NCBI GenBank assembly: GCA_035710125.1
Contig: DASTDY010000063.1
Location: 150,446-214,445 of the forward strand
Length of the DNA stretch: 64,000 nt
DNA from: Candidatus Saccharimonadales bacterium
GTDB taxonomy: Bacteria > Patescibacteriota > Saccharimonadia > Saccharimonadales > EFPC-124
Direction: 5' to 3'
The notes beneath the pieces were generated by a model. It was not told the DNA's origin. It searched no databases and saw nothing but the letters and a program-made list of their open reading frames with translations. Below are positions 61,599 to 64,000 of this stretch, piece after piece. A program made the position numbers and the translations under genes. How positions within the stretch are numbered: position 1 is the stretch's first letter; every line of letters begins with the position of its first letter.

Positions 61599-63783
61599 CC
61601 TTTGGGAGTCAGGGCTACCTCGCTTCGGATTGCAGATAATATCAGCAAGAGCGGGAACTGGCAAGACAACACTGATCACCGAATACTGCATCAGTATCGC
61701 TGACAAGTGGCAGGCTAAATTCAAGCCATGGCAAGGAATGGCAATGGTCTCCTACACAAATGTTGCTAAAGACGAAATAAAAACTAAGCTACAAAAATCA
61801 AGAGGCAACACTAGCTTAGTTAATCACCCTCACTCTATTGAAACGATAGACTCGTTCTTAAATAAAAAGCTCTTCTTGTTGCATGGCGGAGTCTATATGG
61901 GATTCCCTGAGGGTCGGCCAAAACTTGTAGGAGAACCTTTCAGTACTTTTAAGGCAAAGGACAGTACTGTTATCAATCAGTTTGGCGGTGTGAGTAACTT
62001 AGATTACGGCTTCATTTTTGACAAAACATACTATGGAGTTGACGGCAGGATATATCCAAACTTTGGGCATGTGAAGTATGGCGATAACGGCAAGATGACG
62101 GTAGCTATTCGCAAGGGCGATAAAGCTGCCAGCATTCCCTGGTTTAATAATGGTGGCAATGAGTCAAAGTATGTGCAGGCACTCAGGGTTTATAAGGAAG
62201 CAAAACATAAGGAGGGCTTGGTTTCGCAAGCAGACGCTAATTATTTTGCATATAAAGCATTGATCAGTTCTGACCATCTTACTAAAAGCATCATCAAACG
62301 TTACCCCGTGTTCATTATTGATGAGGCTCAGGATATGACCGAGGTACAGCATGCAATTCTCGATCATTTAATAAATAACGGTCTAGAAAATGTCGTCATG
62401 ATTGGGGACGAGCAGCAAGCAATTTATGAATGGAATACTGCTCGCCCAGAACTTTTTACGCAAAAGGTTGCTGACGATAATTGGCTTGGTCATGAAATTA
62501 CAGGAACTTTTAGGAATAGCCAAAATATCTGCAACGCACTCAATTCCCATACGATAACTGGTAATATTAAGCCCGCTGAGGGGTCTAAGAGCCTGAATTA
62601 CAACGACGATGTTGGGATTATCGAGTGGAGCATTAAAGACGATAATGCGGGCTTACGATTTAAGGCGATTGTTGATGATTTTGCACAGCATATTTCAGTT
62701 AAGGATCCTCATAACGAGGGTGAATTACGGTTAGCGATATTAGCAAGAAGCAAAGAAGATGCCGCTCAATATCGAGCGTTTTGCATTGAGAACCCCAATC
62801 TAAAAGTTGAGCCAGTCGAGTTTGACCATCCTCATTCAAGGGCAATATTAAAAGTTGCCTATTTTGTTACAACTGGAGATAAATACAATGCATTTAAGGC
62901 GTATGAGAGGATGTTACACAAACTCAGCGATGCACAGAGTCTCGAAGCTATGAAAACGAACCTACTCAGTAGGCTCGGTCTTGATGAGAGCTACACCTAC
63001 AGAAAAGTTCTTTATACCGACCTACAGACAATTAAGGCTCAATTGTCTGGTGAGGAGCCAACAATTTCTCAGCTTTCTAAAATAGATCAATGGCAACTTA
63101 GGGCGCTCTCAAGTGACGTCACGATGGATATCAAAAGTGATTACACTGTTGCCGTAACTAGCGATCAACCTATCGCCAACATGCTTGTAGTTCAAAACGA
63201 AAAACCAGTTGACTATCATCCAGTTCATAAGAATGTTAGGCTAGTATTCTCAACTATTCACGGTGTTAAGGGTGAGACATACGATGGTGTCCTTTATGCA
63301 TTGCGAGAAAAGACACTTGCTTGTGGCTGTCCTAAGAATTCGACAAATTTAAACCTGAAGATTGCTGGGCACGACATGCTTGAATGTGAAAGCAAGAGAA
63401 TTCAGTATGTTGCACTGTCCCGAGCAGCCCAGAGCTTATGGATAGCAGTTGCCTCTGATGATCAAAAATGGCAAACTTTACTTTCAGGCGCGCAGAGACG
63501 AATAAGTGTACAGGTTACAGAAACAGTTAATGACAGAGCGTTGAGTTTAGATGAATGGAAGCCTATATGGGAAGGCGTTGGCTCTGTAGATCGAATGTTA
63601 GGTAACATTCTTCGTATGAGTACGGCGAGGATAGAGGGCGGGACGCTTTTAGTGAGTTTTAAATTTATGTTTCATAAAAAGAGATTTGGCACTACAGCAC
63701 ATGAGCAAATTATAAAAGTCGTGGCTGATAAGGTCTTCGGAGCACCTGTAGAAGTCAGTATTCTGCACGAGCCTAAAATATAG
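61570..63783 (+). CDS. UvrD/Rep-like SF1 helicase, GajB-like, with an extra C-terminal ~95-aa module
   Basis: Motifs I ARAGTGKTT, II FIIDEAQDM, III GDEQQAIYEW, IV FRNSQNI, V TIHGVKGETYD, VI YVALSRAAQSLWI. Overlaps the OLD gene by 29 nt. Confidence 0.75.
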   Translation: MKLTTEQTDSLWESGLPRFGLQIISARAGTGKTTLITEYCISIADKWQAKFKPWQGMAMVSYTNVAKDEIKTKLQKSRGNTSLVNHPHSIETIDSFLNKKLFLLHGGVYMGFPEGRPKLVGEPFSTFKAKDSTVINQFGGVSNLDYGFIFDKTYYGVDGRIYPNFGHVKYGDNGKMTVAIRKGDKAASIPWFNNGGNESKYVQALRVYKEAKHKEGLVSQADANYFAYKALISSDHLTKSIIKRYPVFIIDEAQDMTEVQHAILDHLINNGLENVVMIGDEQQAIYEWNTARPELFTQKVADDNWLGHEITGTFRNSQNICNALNSHTITGNIKPAEGSKSLNYNDDVGIIEWSIKDDNAGLRFKAIVDDFAQHISVKDPHNEGELRLAILARSKEDAAQYRAFCIENPNLKVEPVEFDHPHSRAILKVAYFVTTGDKYNAFKAYERMLHKLSDAQSLEAMKTNLLSRLGLDESYTYRKVLYTDLQTIKAQLSGEEPTISQLSKIDQWQLRALSSDVTMDIKSDYTVAVTSDQPIANMLVVQNEKPVDYHPVHKNVRLVFSTIHGVKGETYDGVLYALREKTLACGCPKNSTNLNLKIAGHDMLECESKRIQYVALSRAAQSLWIAVASDDQKWQTLLSGAQRRISVQVTETVNDRALSLDEWKPIWEGVGSVDRMLGNILRMSTARIEGGTLLVSFKFMFHKKRFGTTAHEQIIKVVADKVFGAPVEVSILHEPKI

Positions 63784-63926
63784 TGTCTTGTGAATGTAAG
63801 TTATCTATGGGGCTTTTCTAAAATATTCAGCTCCTCAAGTTGCTGACTCATTCGCTCCAAACTAACCTGTAAAGTGTTCCAGTTTTTACCCCGCAGGCTC
63901 ACCATGACATTATTTCAAATCAGAGA

Positions 63927-63960
63927 AGTTCCACAATTTATTCTTGTGGAACTTTTCTTT
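63927..63960 (+). terminator. Rho-independent terminator downstream of the OLD/helicase pair
   Basis: AGTTCCACAA-TTTATTC-TTGTGGAACT followed by TTTCTTT. Confidence 0.55.
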
Positions 63961-64000
63961 GCTATCGGCTTTGTTATTTGGGTCCGATTCCCTGCAGTCT

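Larger units (their letters stand above)
46117..64000. mobile_element. Integrated mobile element (integrative mobilizable/conjugative-type island) next to tRNA-Glu; right end not reached
   Basis: Abrupt switch to A+T-richer accessory genes immediately after the tRNA. Contains two large serine recombinases, a replication-relaxation protein, a TraD/FtsK-like ATPase, an XRE regulator, RadC and defence genes. Confidence 0.7.

Noticed and set aside
63961-64000. GGGTCCGATTCCC near the window end, which looked like a tRNA T-arm and a possible att-site tRNA fragment
   Set aside because: No 5-bp stem flanks a 7-nt TTCRANY-type loop on either strand, and no acceptor or anticodon arms could be built from the preceding sequence.
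46117-64000. Search by eye for a direct repeat of the tRNA-Glu 3' end (…TTCGATTCTCCGTGAGGTCACCA) marking the far end of the island
   Set aside because: Only short chance matches were found: CGATTCTC inside the OLD gene at ~60911 and GATTCTC at ~49610 on the reverse strand. Serine recombinases need only a tiny crossover core, and the right end is probably beyond the window, so no att call was made.
1-64000. CRISPR arrays, rRNA genes, IS elements/transposases, reverse transcriptases (retron/DGR)
   Set aside because: No array of regularly spaced repeats was seen. The only tandem repeats are coding (668-1123, 39385-39501). No rRNA-like stretches were seen, and no DDE, Tnp or RT motifs appear in any frame of the ORF track.

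Overview
Everything here was read by eye from the sequence and the ORF track. No database search, HMM, tRNA scanner or GC calculation was run, so family names are motif-based calls. The window looks like a chromosome segment of a small-genome bacterium with a Gram-positive-type envelope and the standard genetic code. LPXTG/LAxTG sorting signals and CIRCE/HrcA heat-shock control support this. My unverified guess is Saccharibacteria/Patescibacteria. Positions 1-44.6 kb are mostly core genes: tilS, ftsH, murJ, lepA, tatA/tatC, hrcA-grpE-dnaK-dnaJ with two CIRCE operators, rimK, folD, a two-component system, a split umuD...umuC, and tRNA-Arg and tRNA-Lys. These are interleaved with envelope-protein genes. 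One minus-strand operon at the left edge runs from secreted surface proteins into tail-fibre-like genes. Four short, visibly G+C-rich islets look horizontally acquired: a MOSC gene, an M23-like peptidase, an unknown two-gene cassette, and a tandem-LuxR-HTH / tandem-dsRBD-like pair. From tRNA-Glu (46042-46116) to the window end the DNA is A+T-richer and accessory, and I call it an integrated mobile element of at least 17.9 kb. It carries two large serine recombinases; the first reads across the tRNA-Glu terminator into the tRNA itself. It also carries a replication-relaxation protein, a membrane-anchored TraD/FtsK-like ATPase, a tightly coupled XRE-HTH plus soluble KAP-family NTPase pair, a CPBP protease, a RadC-like JAB protein, detoxification-type cargo, and an OLD-family ATPase/Toprim nuclease with a UvrD-like helicase (Gabija / class-2-OLD type). 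A palindromic motif (TTACA-N3-TGTAATA) recurs in the two main control regions of the element. The candidates I rank highest for a new system are the XRE-KAP module and its defence-island neighbourhood, the enlarged OLD/UvrD pair, the unknown G+C-rich cassettes, and a possible aminolipid-remodelling locus. No CRISPR array, rRNA or transposase was seen.
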